DNA of 64,000 nt, from positions 322,648,001 to 322,712,000 of the forward strand of contig OZ024743.1 of the NCBI GenBank assembly GCA_964016885.1, given 5' to 3'. This document shows, one piece after another, positions 26,850 through 39,400 of the stretch. The notes under the pieces are model-generated. The model had not been told where the DNA came from, searched no databases, and saw only the letters and a program-made list of their open reading frames with translations. Made by a program: the position numbers and the translations under genes. The DNA is from Eledone cirrhosa (Eukaryota). Numbering within the stretch: the stretch's first letter is position 1; each line of letters begins with the position of its first letter.

Positions 26850-27906
26850 TATATTAACTGCAATATAGACATCTGTCTCTCTCGTTCAATACTCGAGCCA
26901 CTAGGCCACTAGCCGTCTTCGCTATAGTTATATTAACTGCAATGTAGACATCTGTCTCTCTCGTTCAACACTCGAGCCACTAGGCCACTAGCCGTCTTCG
27001 CTATAGTTATATTAACTGCAATGTAGACATCTGTCTCTCTCGTTCAACACTCGTGCCACTAGGCCACTAGCCGTCTTCGCTATAGTTATATTAACTGCAA
27101 TGTAGACATCTGTCTCTCTCGTTCAATACTCGAGCCACTAGGCCACTAGCCGTCTTCGCTATAGTTATATTAACTGCAATGTAGACATCTGTCTCTCTCG
27201 TTCAACACTCGTGCCACTAGGCCACTAGCCGTCTTCGCTATAGTTATATTAACTGCAATGTAGACATCTGTCTCTCTCGTTCAATACTCGTGCCACTAGG
27301 CCACTAGCCGTCTTCGCTATAGTTATATTAACTGCAATGTAGACATCTGTCTCTCTCGTTCAATACTCGAGCCACTAGGCCACTAGCCGTCTTCGCTATA
27401 GTTATATTAACTGCAATGTAGACATCTGTCTCTCTCGTTCAACACTCGTGCCACTAGGCCACTAGCCGTCTTCGCTATAGTTATATTAACTGCAATGTAG
27501 ACATCTGTCTCTCTCGTTCAATACTCGAGCCACTAGGCCACTAGCCGTCTTCGCTATAGTTATATTAACTGCAATGTAGACATCTGTCTCTCTCGTTCAA
27601 CACTCGTGCCACTAGGCCACTAGCCGTCTTCGCTATAGTTATATTAACTGCAATGTAGACATCTGTCTCTCTCGTTCAATACTCGTGCCACTAGGCCACT
27701 AGCCGTCTTCGCTATAGTTATATTAACTGCAATGTAGACATCTGTCTCTCTCGTTCAATACTCGAGCCACTAGGCCACTAGCCGTCTTCGCTATAGTTAT
27801 ATTAACTGCAATGTAGACATCTGTCTCTCTCGTTCAACACTCGTGCCACTAGGCCACTAGCCGTCTTCGCTATAGTTATATTAACTGCAATGTAGACATC
27901 TGTCTC
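26850..27906. repeat. 79-bp minisatellite, 13 full copies plus a partial copy
   Basis: Unit ATTAACTGCAATGTAGACATCTGTCTCTCTCGTTCAAYACTCGWGCCACTAGGCCACTAGCCGTCTTCGCTATAGTTAT starting at 26853, 26932, ... 27880. Confidence 0.97.
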
Positions 27907-28079
27907 GGTACGATGCCAAGGAAATATTTAGTTGAATATTTTCGATCTCCATGCAAATTCACTCTGCCAAGAATACGGTCGTCTGCCTAGCAAGCAAGTA
28001 TTCTTATTAGTCAGCCAAAATATTAGCGGTTCTTTCACAAATAATAGCATTCTTTATAAGTACTATTTTATTGATAAGG

Positions 28080-28279
28080 NNNNNNNNNNNNNNNNNNNNN
28101 NNNNNNNNNNNNNNNNNNNNNNNNNNNNNNNNNNNNNNNNNNNNNNNNNNNNNNNNNNNNNNNNNNNNNNNNNNNNNNNNNNNNNNNNNNNNNNNNNNNN
28201 NNNNNNNNNNNNNNNNNNNNNNNNNNNNNNNNNNNNNNNNNNNNNNNNNNNNNNNNNNNNNNNNNNNNNNNNNNNNNNN
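28080..28279. other. Assembly gap
   Basis: 200 consecutive N. Confidence 0.99.
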
Positions 28280-28371
28280 TGATAACTTATTAAATTGATA
28301 GTCATCATTTCAAATACATCCGTTTCAACAGTCTTTGAGTCTCTTGCACTCAGAGAAAACCTTTCAGCGAT

Positions 28372-31300
28372 ATTGTTGTTTTGTTTGTTGTTGCTGTTGT
28401 TTATGTGGTTGTTGTTCTTGTGGCTGATGTTGCGGTTGTTGTTGTGGTTGTTGTTCTTGTGGTTGTGGTTGTGGTTGTTGTTGTTGTTGCTGTTGTTCAT
28501 GTGGTTGTTGTTGTTGAGGTTGTTCTTGTGTTACTGAGGTTGGTCATGTGGTTGTTGTTGCTGTTGTTGTGGTGGTGGTTGGATTTGTTGTTGTTGCTGT
28601 TGTTGTTGTTGTTTTTGTGGTGGTGGTGGTTGGTGTTGTTGGTGTTATTGGTGTTGTTGTTGTTGTGGTGGTGGTGGTGGGTGTTGTTGGTGATATTGGT
28701 GTTGTTGTGGTGGTGGTTGGTGTTGTTGTGGTGGTTGGTGTTGTTGTGGTTGGTGTTGTTGTGGTTGTGGTTGTTGTTGGTGTTGTTGTGGTGGTGGTGG
28801 TTGGTGTTGTTGTTGGTGTGTGGTTGTTGTTGGTGTGTGGTTGGTGTTGCGGTTGTTGTTGTTGGTGTTGGTGTTGTTGTTTTTGTGGTTGTTGTGGTTG
28901 GTGTTGTTGGTGTTGTGGTTGGTGTTGCTGTTGTGGTTGGTGTTGTGGTTGTTGGTGTTGTTGTTGTGGTTGGTGTTGTTGTTGGTGTTGTGGTTGGTGT
29001 TGTTGTGGTTGGTGTTGTTGTTGTGGTTGGTGTTGTGGTTGGTGTTGTTGTTGTGGTTCGTGTTGTTGTTGTGGTTCGTGTTGTTGTTGTGGTTGGTATT
29101 TTGTTGGTGTTGTGGTTGGTGTTGTTGTTGGTGTTGTGGTTGGTGTTGTTGTTGTGGTTGGTGTTGTTGTTGGTGTTGTGGTTGAGGTTGTTGTTGTGGT
29201 TGGTGTTGTTGTTGGTGTTGTTGTTGGTGTTGTTGTTGTGGTTGGTGTTGTTGTTGGTGTTGTTGTTGGTGGTGTTGTTAGTGTTGTTGTTGGTGTTGTT
29301 TTTGGTGTTGTTGTTGGTGTTGTGGTTGGTGTTGTTGTTGGTGTTGTGGTTGGTGTTGTTGTTGGTGTCGTTGGTGTTGTTGTTGGTGTTGTTGTTGTTG
29401 TTGTGGTTGGTGTTGTTGTTGGTGTTGTGGTTGGTGTTGTTGTTGTTGTTGGTGTTGTTGTTGGTGTTGTTGTTGGTGTGGTTGTGGTTGTGGTTGTGGT
29501 TGGTGTTGTTGTTGGTGTTGTTGTTGGTATTGTGGTTGGTGTTGTTGTTGGTGTTGTGGTTGGTGTTGTTGTGGTTGGTGTTGTTGTTGTGGATGTGTTG
29601 TGGTTGGTGTTGTTGTTGTGGTTCGTGTTGTTGTTGTGGTTCGTGTTGTTGTTGTGGTTGGTATTTTGTTGGTGTTGTGGTTGGTGTTGTTGTTGGTGTT
29701 GTGGTTGGTGTTGTTGTTGGTGTCGTGGTTGGTGTTGTTGTTGGTGTTGTGGTTGGTGTTGTTGTGGTTGGTGTTGTTGTTGTGGATGTATTGTGGTTGG
29801 TGTTGTTGTTGTGGTTCGTGTTGTTGTTGTTGTGGTTGGTATTTTGTTGGTGTTGTGGTTGGTGTTGTTGTTGGTTTTGTGGTTGGTGTTGTTGTTGGTG
29901 TTGTGGTTGGTGTTGTTGTGGTTGGTGTTGTTGTTGTGGTTGGTGTTGTGGTTGGTGTTGTGGTTGGTGTTGTGGTTGGTGTTGTTGTGGTTGGTGTTGT
30001 TGTTGTGGATGTGTTGTGGTTGGTGTTGTTGTTGTGGTTTGTGTTGTTGTTGTGGTTGGTATTTTGTTGGTGTTGTGGTTGGTGTTGTTGTTGGTGTCGT
30101 GGTTGGTGTTGTTGTTGGTGTTGTGGTTGGTGTTGTTGTTGGTGTTGTTGGTGTTGTTGTTGGTGTTGTTGTGGTTGGTGTTGTGGTTGGTGTTGTTGTT
30201 GGTGTTGTTGTGGTTGGTGTTGTTGTTGATGTTGTTGTTGGCGTCGTGGTTGGTTTTGTTGTTGTTGTTGCTGTTGTTGTGGTGGTGGTTGGATTTGTTG
30301 TTGTTGCTGTTGTTGTTGTTGTTGTTGTGGTGGTGGTGGTGGTTGGTGTTGTTGGTGTTATTGGTGTTGTTGTGGTGGTGGTTGGTGTTGTTGTGGTTGG
30401 TGTTGTTGTGGTTGTGGTTGTTGTTGGTGTTGTTGTGGTGGTGGTGGTTGGTGTTGTTGTTGGTGTGTGGTTGTTGTTGGTGTGTGGTTGGTGTTGTGGT
30501 TGTTGTTGGTGTTGTTGTTGTTGTGGTTGTTGTGGTTGGTGTTGTTGGTGTTGTGGTTGGTGTTGCTGTTGTGGTTGGTGTTGTGGTTGTTGGTGTTGTT
30601 GTTGTGGTAGGTGTTGTTGTTGGTGTTGTGGTTGGTATTGTGGTTGGTGTTGTTGTGGTTGGTGTTGTTGTTGTGGTTGGTGTTGTGGTTGGTGTTGTGG
30701 TTGTGGTTCGTGTTGTTGTTGTTGTGGTTGGTGTTGTTGTTGGTGTTGTGGTTGGTGTTGTTGTTGGTGGCGTGGTTGGTGTTGTTGTTGGTGTTGTTGT
30801 TGTGGTTGGTGTTGTGGTTGGTGTTGTTGTTGATGTTGTGGTTGGTGTTGTTGTTGTGGTTGGTGTTGTTGTTGGTGTTGTTGTTGGTGTTGTTGTTAGT
30901 GTTGTTGTTGGTGTTGTTGTTGTGGTTGGTGTTGTTGTTGGTGTGGTTGTGGTTGTGGTTGTGGTTGGTGTTGTTGTTGGTGTTGTTGTTGGTGTTGTGG
31001 TTGGTGTTGTTGTTGGTGTTGTTGTTGGTGTTGTTGTTGTTGTTGGTGTTGTGGTTGGTGTTGTTCTTGCGGTTGGTGTTGTTGTTGGTGTTGTTGTTGT
31101 GGTTGGTGTTGTGGTTGTTGTTGGTGTTGGTGTTGTGGTTGGTGTTGTTGTTGTGGTTGTTGTTGTTGTTGGTGTTGTGGTTGGTGTTGTTGTGCTGGGT
31201 GTTGTTGTTGTGGTTGGTGTTGTGGTTCGTGTTGTTGTTATTGTTGGTGTTGTTGTTGTTGTGGTTGGTGTTGTTGTTGGTGTTGTGGTTGGTGTTGTTG

Positions 31301-34300
31301 TTGGTGTTGTTGTTGTGGTTGGTGTTGTTGTTGGTGTTGTTGTTGGTGGTGTTGTTAGTGTTGTTGTTGGTGTTGTTTTTGGTGTTGTTGGTGGTGTTGT
31401 GGTTGGTGTTGTTGTTGGTGTTGTGGTTGGTGTTGTTGTTGGTGTCGTTGGTGTTGTTGTTGGTGTTGTTGTTGTTGTTGTGGTTGGTGTTGTTGTTGGT
31501 GTTGTTGTTGTGGTTGGTGTTGTTGTTGGTGTTGTTGTTGGTGTTGTTGTTAGTGTTGTTGTTGGTGTTGTTGTTGTGGTTGGTGTTGTTGTTGGTGATG
31601 TTGTGGTTGTGGTTGTGGTTGGTGTTGTTGTTGGTGTTGTTGTTGGTATTGTGGTTGGTGTTGTTGTTGTGGTTGGTGTTGTTGTTGGTGTTGTGGTTGG
31701 TGTTGTTGTTGGTGTTGTGGTTGGTGTTGTTGTGGTTGGTGTTGTTGTTGTGGATGTGTTGTGGTTCGTGTTGTTGTTGTGGTTCGTGTTGTTGTTGTGG
31801 TTCGTGTTGTTGTTGTGGTTCGTGTTGTTGTTGTGGTTGGTATTTTGTTGGTGTTGTGGTTGGTGTTGTTGTTGGTGTTGTGGTTGGTGTTGTTGTTGGT
31901 GTCGTGGTTGGTGTTGTTGTTGGTGTTGTGGTTGGTGTTGTTGTGGTTGGTGTTGTTGTTGTGGATGTGTTGTGGTTGGTGTTGTTGTTGTGGTTCGTGT
32001 TGTTGTTGTTGTGGTTGGTATTTTGTTGGTGTTGTGGTTGGTGTTGTTGTTGGTGTTGTGGTTGGTGTTGTTATTGGTGTTGTGGTTGGTGTTGTTGTGA
32101 TTGGTGTTGTTGTTGTGGATGTGCTGTGGTTGGTGTTCTTGTTGTGGTTTGTGTTGTTGTTGTTGTGGTTGGTATTTTGTTGGTGTTGTGGTTGGTGTTG
32201 TTGTTGGTGTCGTGGTTGGTGTTGTTGTTGGTGTTGTGGTTGGTGTTGTTGTTGGTGTTGTTGGTGTTGTTGTTGGTGTTGTTGTGGTTGGTGTTGTGGT
32301 TGGTGTTGTTGTTGGTGTTGTTGTGGTTGGTGTTGTGGTTGGTGTTGTTGTTGATGTTGTTGTTGGCGTCGTGGTTGGTTTTGTTGTTGTTGTTGCTGTT
32401 GTTGTGGTGGTGGTTGGATTTGTTGTTGTTGCTGTTGTTGTTGTTGTTGTGGTGGTGGTGGTGGTTGGTGTTGTTGGTCTTATTGGTGTTGTTGTGGTGG
32501 TGGTTGGTGTTGTTGTGGTTGGTGTTGTTGTGGTTGTGGTTGTTGTTGGTGTTGTTGTGGTGGTGGTGGTTGGTGTTGTTGTTGGTGTGTGGTTGTTGTT
32601 GGTGTGTGGTTGGTGTTGTGGTTGTTGTTGGTGTTGTTGTTGTTGTGGTTGTTGTGGTTGGTGTTGTTGGTGTTGTGGTTGGTGTTGCTGTTGTGGTTGG
32701 TGTTGTGGTTGTTGGTGTTGTTGTTGGTGTTGTGGTTGGTATTGTGGTTGGTGTTTTTGTGGTTGGTGTTGTTGTTGTGGTTGGTGTTGTGGTTGGTGTT
32801 GTGGTTGTGGTTCGTGTTGTTGTTGTTGTGCTTGGTGTTGTTGTTGGTGTTGTGGTTGGTGTTGTTGTTGGTGTCGTGGTTGGTGTTGTTGTTGGTGTTG
32901 TTGTTGTGGTTGGTGTTGTTGTTGGTGTTGTTGTTGGCGTCGTGGTTGGTGTTGTGGTTGGGGTTGTTGTTGTGGTTGGTGTTGTTGTTGTGGTTGGTGT
33001 TGTGGTTGGTGTTGTTGTTGGTGTTGTTGTTGGTGTTGTTGTGGTTGGTGTTGTTGTTGGTGTTGTGGTTGGTGTTGTTGTTGTGGTTGGTGTTGTGGTT
33101 GTTGTTGGTGTTGGTGTTGTGGTTGGTGTTGTTGTTGTGGTTGTTGTTGTTGTTGGTGTTGTGGTTGGTGTTGTTGTGGTTGGTGTTGTTGTTGTGGTTG
33201 GTGTTGTGGTTCGTGTTGTTGTTGTGGTTGGTGTTGTTGTTGTTGTGGTTGGTGTTGGTGTTGTGGTTGGTGTTGTTGTTGTGGTTGTTGTTGTGGTTGG
33301 TGTTGTTGTTGGTGTTGTTGTTGGTGGTGTTGTTAGTGTTGTTGTTGGTGTTGTTTTTGGTGTTGTTGTTGGTGTTGTGGTTGGTGTTGTTGTTGGTGTT
33401 GTGGTTGGTGTTGTTGTTGGTGTCGTTGGTGTTGTTGTTGGTGTTGTTGTTGTTGTTGTGGTTGGTGTTGTTGTTGGTGTTGTGGTTGGTGTTGTTGTTG
33501 TGGTTGGTGTTGTTGTTGGTGTTGTTGTTAGTGTTGTTGTTGGTGTTGTTGTTGTGGTTGGTGTTGTTGTTGGTGTTGTTGTTGGTGGTGTTGTTAGTGT
33601 TGTTGTTGGTGTTGTTTTTGGTGTTGTTGTTGGTGTTGTGGTTGGTGTTGTTGTTGGTGTTGTGGTTGGTGTTGTTGTTGGTGTCGTTGGTGTTGTTGTT
33701 GGTGTTGTTGTTGTTGTTGTGGTTGGTGTTGTTGTTGGTGTTGTGGTTGGTGTTGTTGTTGTGGTTGGTGTTGTTGTTGGTGTTGTTGTTGGTGTTGTTG
33801 TTAGTGTTGTTGTTGGTGTTGTTGTTGTGGTTGGTGTTGTTGTTGGTGTTGTTGTGGTTGTGGTTGTGGTTGGTGTTGTTGTTGGTGTTGTTGTTCGTAT
33901 TGTGGTTGGTGTTGTTGTTGTGGTTGGTGTTGTTGTTGGTGTTGTGGTTGGTGTTGTTGTTGGTGTTGTGGTTGGTGTTGTTGTGGTTGGTGTTGTTGTT
34001 GTGGATGTGTTGTGGTTGGTGTTGTTGTTGTGGTTCGTGTTGTTGTTGTTGTGGTTGGTATTTTGTTGGTGTTGTGGTTGGTATTTTGTTGGTGTTGTGG
34101 TTGGTGTTGTTGTTGGTGTTGTGGTTGGTGTTGTTGTGGTTGGTGTTGTTGTTGTGGATGTGTTGTGGTTGGTGTTGTTGTTGTGGTTTGTGTTGTTGTT
34201 GTTGTGGTTGGTATTTTGTTGGTGTTGTGGTTGGTGTTGTTGTTGGTGTCGTGGTTGGTGTTGTTGTTGGTGTTGTTGTTGGTGTTGTTGTTGGTGTTGT

Positions 34301-37300
34301 TGGTGTTGTTGTTGGTGTTGTTGTGGTTGGTGTTGTGGTTGGTGTTGTTGTTGGTGTTGTTGTGGTTGGTGTTGTGGTTGGTGTTGTTGTTGATGTTGTT
34401 GTTGGCGTCGTGGTTGGTTTTGTTGTTGTTGTTGCTGTTGTTGTGGTGGTGGTTGGATTTGTTGTTGTTGCTGTTGTTGTTGTTGTTGTGGTGGTGGTGG
34501 TGGTTGGTGTTGTTGGTCTTATTGGTGTTGTTGTGGTGGTGGTTGGTGTTGTTGTGGTTGGTGTTGTTGTGGTTGTGGTTGTTGTTGGTGTTGTTGTGGT
34601 GGTGGTGGTTGGTGTTGTTGTTGGTGTGTGGTTGTTGTTGGTGTGTGGTTGGTGTTGTGGTTGTTGTTGGTGTTGTTGTTGTTGTGGTTGTTGTGGTTGG
34701 TGTTGTTGGTGTTGTGGTTGGTGTTGCTGTTGTGGTTGGTGTTGTGGTTGTTGGTGTTGTTGTTGTGGTAGGTGTTGTTGTTGGTATTGTGGTTGGTATT
34801 GTGGTTGGTGTTGTTGTGGTTGGTGTTGTTGTTGTGGTTGGTGTTGTGGTTGGTGTTGTGGTTGTGGTTCGTGTTGTTGTTGTGGTTGGTGTTGATGTTG
34901 GTGTCGTGGTTGGTGTTGTTGTTGGTGTTGTTGTTGTGGTTGGTGTTGTGGTTGGTGTTGTTGTTGATGTTGTTGTTGTGGTTGGTGTTGTGGTTGATGT
35001 TGTTGTTGGCGTCGTGGTTGGTGTTGTGGTTGGGGTTGTTGTGGTTGGTGTTGTTGTTTTGGCTGGTGTTGTGGTTGGTGTTGTTGTTGGTGTTGTTGTT
35101 GGTGTTGTTGTTGGTGTTGTTGTGGTTGGTGTTGTTGTTGGTGTTGTGGTTGGTGTTGTTGTTGGTGTTGTTGTTGGTGTTGTTGTTGTTGGTGTTGTGG
35201 TTGGTGTTGTTCTTGCGGTTGGTGTTGTTGTTGGTGTTGTTGTTGTGGTTGGTGTTGTGGTTGTTGTTGGTGTTGGTGTTGTGGTTGGTGTTGTTGTTGT
35301 GGTTGTTGTTGTTGTTGGTGTTGTGGTTGGTGTTGTTGTGGTTGGTGTTGTTGTTGTGGTTGGTGTTGTGGTTCGTGTTGTTGTTGTGGTTGGTGTTGTT
35401 GTTGTTGTGGTTGGTGTTGTTGTTGGTGTTGTAGTTGGTGTTGTTGTTGGTGTTGTGGTTGGTGTTGTTGTTGATGTTGTTGTTGGCGTCGTGGTTGGTG
35501 TTGTTGTTGTGGTTGGTGTTGTGGTTGTTGTTGTTGTTGGTGGTGTTGTGGTTGGTGTTGTTGTTGGTGTTGTTGTTGTGCTTGGTGTTGTTGTTGTGGT
35601 TGTTGTTGTTGTGGTTGGTGTTGTGGTTGGTGTTGTTGTTGGTGTTGTTGTTGGTGTTGTTGTTGGTGTTGTTGGTGTTGTTGTTGGTGTTCTTGTTGTG
35701 GTTGGTGTTGTTGTTGGTGTTGTTGTGGTTGGTATTGTTGTTGTTGTTGGTGGTGTTGTTGTTATGGTTGGCGTTGTGGTTGATGTTGTTGTGGTTGGTG
35801 TTGTTGTTGTGGTTGGTGTTGTGGTTGGTGTTGTTGTTGGTGTTGTGGTTGATGTTGTTGTTGTGGTTGGTGTTGTTGTTGGTGTTGTTGGTGGTGTTGT
35901 TGTTGTGGTTGGTGTTGTTGTTGGTGTTGTTGTTGGTGTTGTTGTTAGTGTTGTTGTTGGTGTTGTTTTTGGTGTTGTTGTTGGTGTTGTGGTTGGTGTT
36001 GTTGTTGGTGTTGTGGTGGTGTTGTTGTTGGTGTCGTTGGTGTTGTTGTTGGTGTTGTTGTTGTTGTTGTGGTTGGTGTTGTTGTTGTGGTTGGTGTTGT
36101 TGTTGTGGTTGGTGTTGTTGTTGGTGTTGTTGTTGGTGTTGTTGTTAGTGTTGTTGTTGGTGTTGTTGTTGTGGTTGGTGTTGTTGTTGGTGTTGTTGTT
36201 GTTGTGGTTGGTGTTGTTGTTGGTATTGTGGTTGGTGTTGTTGTTGTGGTTGGTGTTGTTGTTGGTGTTGTTGTTATGGTTGGTGTTGTTGTTATTGTTG
36301 GTGTTGTTGTTGTTGGTGTTGTTGTTGTTGTTGGTGTTGTTGTTTGTGTTGTGGTTGGTGTTTTTGATGTGGTTGGTGTTGTTGTTGGTGTTTCTGTTGT
36401 GGTTGGTGTTGTTGTTGGTGTTGTTGTTGTTGTTGTTGTTGGTGTTGTTGTTGGTGTTGTGGTTGGTGTGGTTGTTGTTGTTAGTGTTATTGTTGGTGCT
36501 GTTGTTGTGGTTGGTGTTGTTGTTGGCGTTGTTGTTGTTGGTGTTGTTGTGGTTGGTGTTGTTGTTGGTGTTGTGGTTGGTGTTGTTGTTGTTGTGGTTT
36601 GTGTTGTTTTTGTTGTTGTGGTTGGTGTTGTTGTTGGTGTTGTGGTTGGTGTTGTTGTTGTGGTTGGTGTTGTTGTTGTGGTTGTTGTTGGTGTTGTTGT
36701 TGTGGTTGGTATTGTTGTTGTTGTTGGTGGTGTTGTTGTTGTGGTTGGTGTTGTGGTTGGTGTTGTTGTGGTTGGTGTTGTTGTTGTGGTTGGTGTTGTG
36801 GTTGGTGTTGTTGTGGTTGGTGTTGTTGTTGTGGTTGGTGTTGTGGTTGGTGTTGTTGTTGTTGGTGTTGTTGTGGTTGGTGTTGTTGTTGGTGTTGTGG
36901 TTGTTGTTGTTGTGGTTGGTGTTGTTGTTGGTGTTGTTGTTGGTGTTGTTGTTGTGGATGGTATTGTTGTTGTTGTTGTTGGTGTTGTTGTTGTGGTTGG
37001 TGTTGTGGTTGGTGTTGTTGTTGTGGTTGGTGTTGTTGTTGGTGTTGTGGTTGGTGTTGTTGTTGTGGTTGATGTTGTTGTTGGTGTTGTTGTGGTTGGT
37101 GTTGTTGTTGGTGTTGTGGTTGGTGTTGTGGTTGGTGTTGTTGTTGTGGTTGGTGTTGTTGTTGGTGTTGGTGTTGTTGTTAGTGTTGTTGTTGGTGTTG
37201 TTTTTGGTGTTGTTGTTGGTGTTGTGGTTGGTGTTGTTGTTGGTGTTGTGGTTGGTGTTGTTGTTGGTGTTGTTGGTGTTGTTGTTGTGGTTGGTGTTCG

Positions 37301-37603
37301 TGTTGGTGTTGTGGTTGGTGTTGTTGTTGTGGATGTGTTGTTGTTGGTGTTGGTTTTGTTGTTGGTGTTGTTGTTGGTGTTGTTGTTGTGGTTGGTTTTG
37401 TTGTTGGTGTTGTGGTTGGTGTTGTTGTTGTGGTTGGTGTTGTTGTGGTTGGTGTTGTTGTTGTGGTTGGTGTTGTTGTTGGTGTTGTTGTTGGTGTTTT
37501 GTTGTGGTTGGTGTTGTTGTTGGTGTTATGGTTGTTGTTGTTGTGGTTGGTGTTGTTGTTGGTGTTGTGGTTGGTGGTGGTGGTATTGTTGTTGTTGTTG
37601 TGG

Positions 37604-37655
<52 letters not shown>

Positions 37656-37688
37656 GGTGGTGGTGGTTGTTCTTGTTTTTGTTGTTGC
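28372..37688. repeat. 9.3-kb GT-only triplet array (GTT/GGT/GTG) with ~2-kb higher-order repeats
   Basis: The plus strand is almost exclusively G and T; the minus strand reads (PTTT)n in one frame, with recurrent frameshifts. Confidence 0.95.
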
Positions 37689-38030
37689 ACTTTTTTTTTT
37701 TTTGCATTATTATAATGTTGTTGTTCTCCTTCTTGTCTCCAGGAAGAGGATACATTCCTCCCCTAACCCCTCCGTTTAATAGTTTACTGTTCAATTATAA
37801 ATATTATCATTTCATTTTTTTATATATTTTATTATTAATTTTTGAATATTTTATTTACAATTTTCATGGCTTCATGGCTTAATTTTATATTCTGCGAACG
37901 TCTTACGACTTCAGTAACTTTGTGTGTATGCTGTGCAAGTATGTATTTATGTGTGTATGTAGTTATGTATGTACATATGTATGTATGTGTGTACGTATGT
38001 ATGCATGCATGTGTATGTATGTATAATATA

Positions 38031-38112
38031 TATAACTTTGATAGGTTTTGACCAATGTTCGCCCAGGCTATGTCTAACTTATTAACATAATCTGGCAAAA
38101 TCTTTCAGATTA
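38031..38112 (-). mobile_element. CR1-like LINE extreme 3' end fragment
   Basis: TATAACTTTGATAGGTTTTGACCAATGTTCGCCCAGGCTATGTCTAACTTA matches the 3' end of the element at 14392-14480. Confidence 0.6.
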
Positions 38113-39185
38113 AGCAACAACCTTTCTTCAACTGGTGTCAAGAAGAAACGCACCCAGTACACTCTGAAAAGGGGTTGGTGTTAAGAAGGGTTTCTAGCTA
38201 TAGAAACCATGCCACAGAAATAAGAAGTGCTTCAGTCATGACACAGCAACCTCTCAATTCTTCATACCCTGAAAAAGATCTGGTAAACTCTGTCAGGTTG
38301 TTGGAAATAGGAAACACACCCAGACATAGAAACCATGCTATATAAAGATTTAAGTGGACCTTTCAGTTGTGTCAAGTGTGTGATAACTTTCCTAGTACTG
38401 GTCTCATGAAAATGCACACAGGGTCACGCTATAGAGAGAGAGAGAATGTGTGTATGTAGGCACATATGTAAGCAAGATATGGACCTCCAGCCCATCTGAG
38501 AGGTCAGTAGTTCCAGTTAAATAGTGACTTGATTTGTAATGACACCCTGTTCAACCCATGACAGCAGAGAGAACAGACATTAAATGATGTTGATATATAT
38601 ATACATCAAGTAAGTATATTTTTGAAACAGCGTGTGGGTTTGAAATTAGAAATAGAAGCTTTCGCCATTTTTTTTTTACTTAAGATATTTCTTTAGTAAT
38701 AAAATATGGCGAAAGCTTCTATTTGTTACATATATATATATATATATATATATATGGGCCCCTGAAAACCACAACCAGAGAAGAAGAATGATTGCACATT
38801 CTGTGGGGGCAAGTATTAAAACAACCCTAAAGGACCATGTGTTTAAGTTCAATAATAAAATATATGCCCAAAGGGAAGGAGTGACATTGGCATCAATGTC
38901 ACTGGCGATGAGGCCAATCTGTTCATGGTGTGGTGAGACAGGAGACTCAAAGAACACTTAGCTTAGAACTCCATAGCCATGTACTCTCATTATGTTAATA
39001 TAGTAGTAAAAACTACCCCACGAGAGAGTACCAATGAATCGGAACTAGAGACTAACACCATGGAGAGCATCCAGCAAATAGCTAATTCCATCCACCAGGC
39101 CACCCCACTAAGCACCCCAATCATAGATTCAAATGCCATTAAAGATACAAATTTTATTTACACAAACTTTAACTTTTGAATTTTT

Positions 39186-39191
39186 TTTATT
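39186..39191 (-). promoter_or_regulatory. Candidate polyadenylation signal for KATNAL2
   Basis: AATAAA on the minus strand about 75 nt downstream of the stop. The region is AT-rich, so it could be chance. Confidence 0.4.
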
Positions 39192-39266
39192 AATGGAAAA
39201 AATATCTGTAGAAAAAAGCAACCAATAAATATATAAACAATAAATTATAGTGAAATAGTTAAGATT

Positions 39267-39400
39267 CTATACGGATTCAAACTCCTTTTGCCAAGCAGCA
39301 TACTGATTGACAAGGCCTCTTGCAGAAGGTTTGGTTCGTTCCAATGCCATCTCTACATCATAGGTTGTTAATGAGTCTAGCTGTATATCCAATTCTTTAT
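39267..39400 (-). CDS. KATNAL2: KATNAL2 last coding exon
   Basis: (D)KELDIQLDSLTTYDVEMALERTKPSARGLVNQYAAWQKEFESV-stop, matching the recalled KATNAL2 C-terminus WQREFESV. tttctag acceptor, TAG stop. Confidence 0.95.

Noticed and set aside
26853-27906. CRISPR-like regular array
   Set aside because: Units are contiguous and near-identical with no unique spacers; eukaryotic context and no cas genes.
28381-37779. Plus-strand ORFs over 1200 aa rich in V/L/W/C/G
   Set aside because: A G/T-only sequence cannot form stop codons; all three frames are open and switch register. Not proteins.
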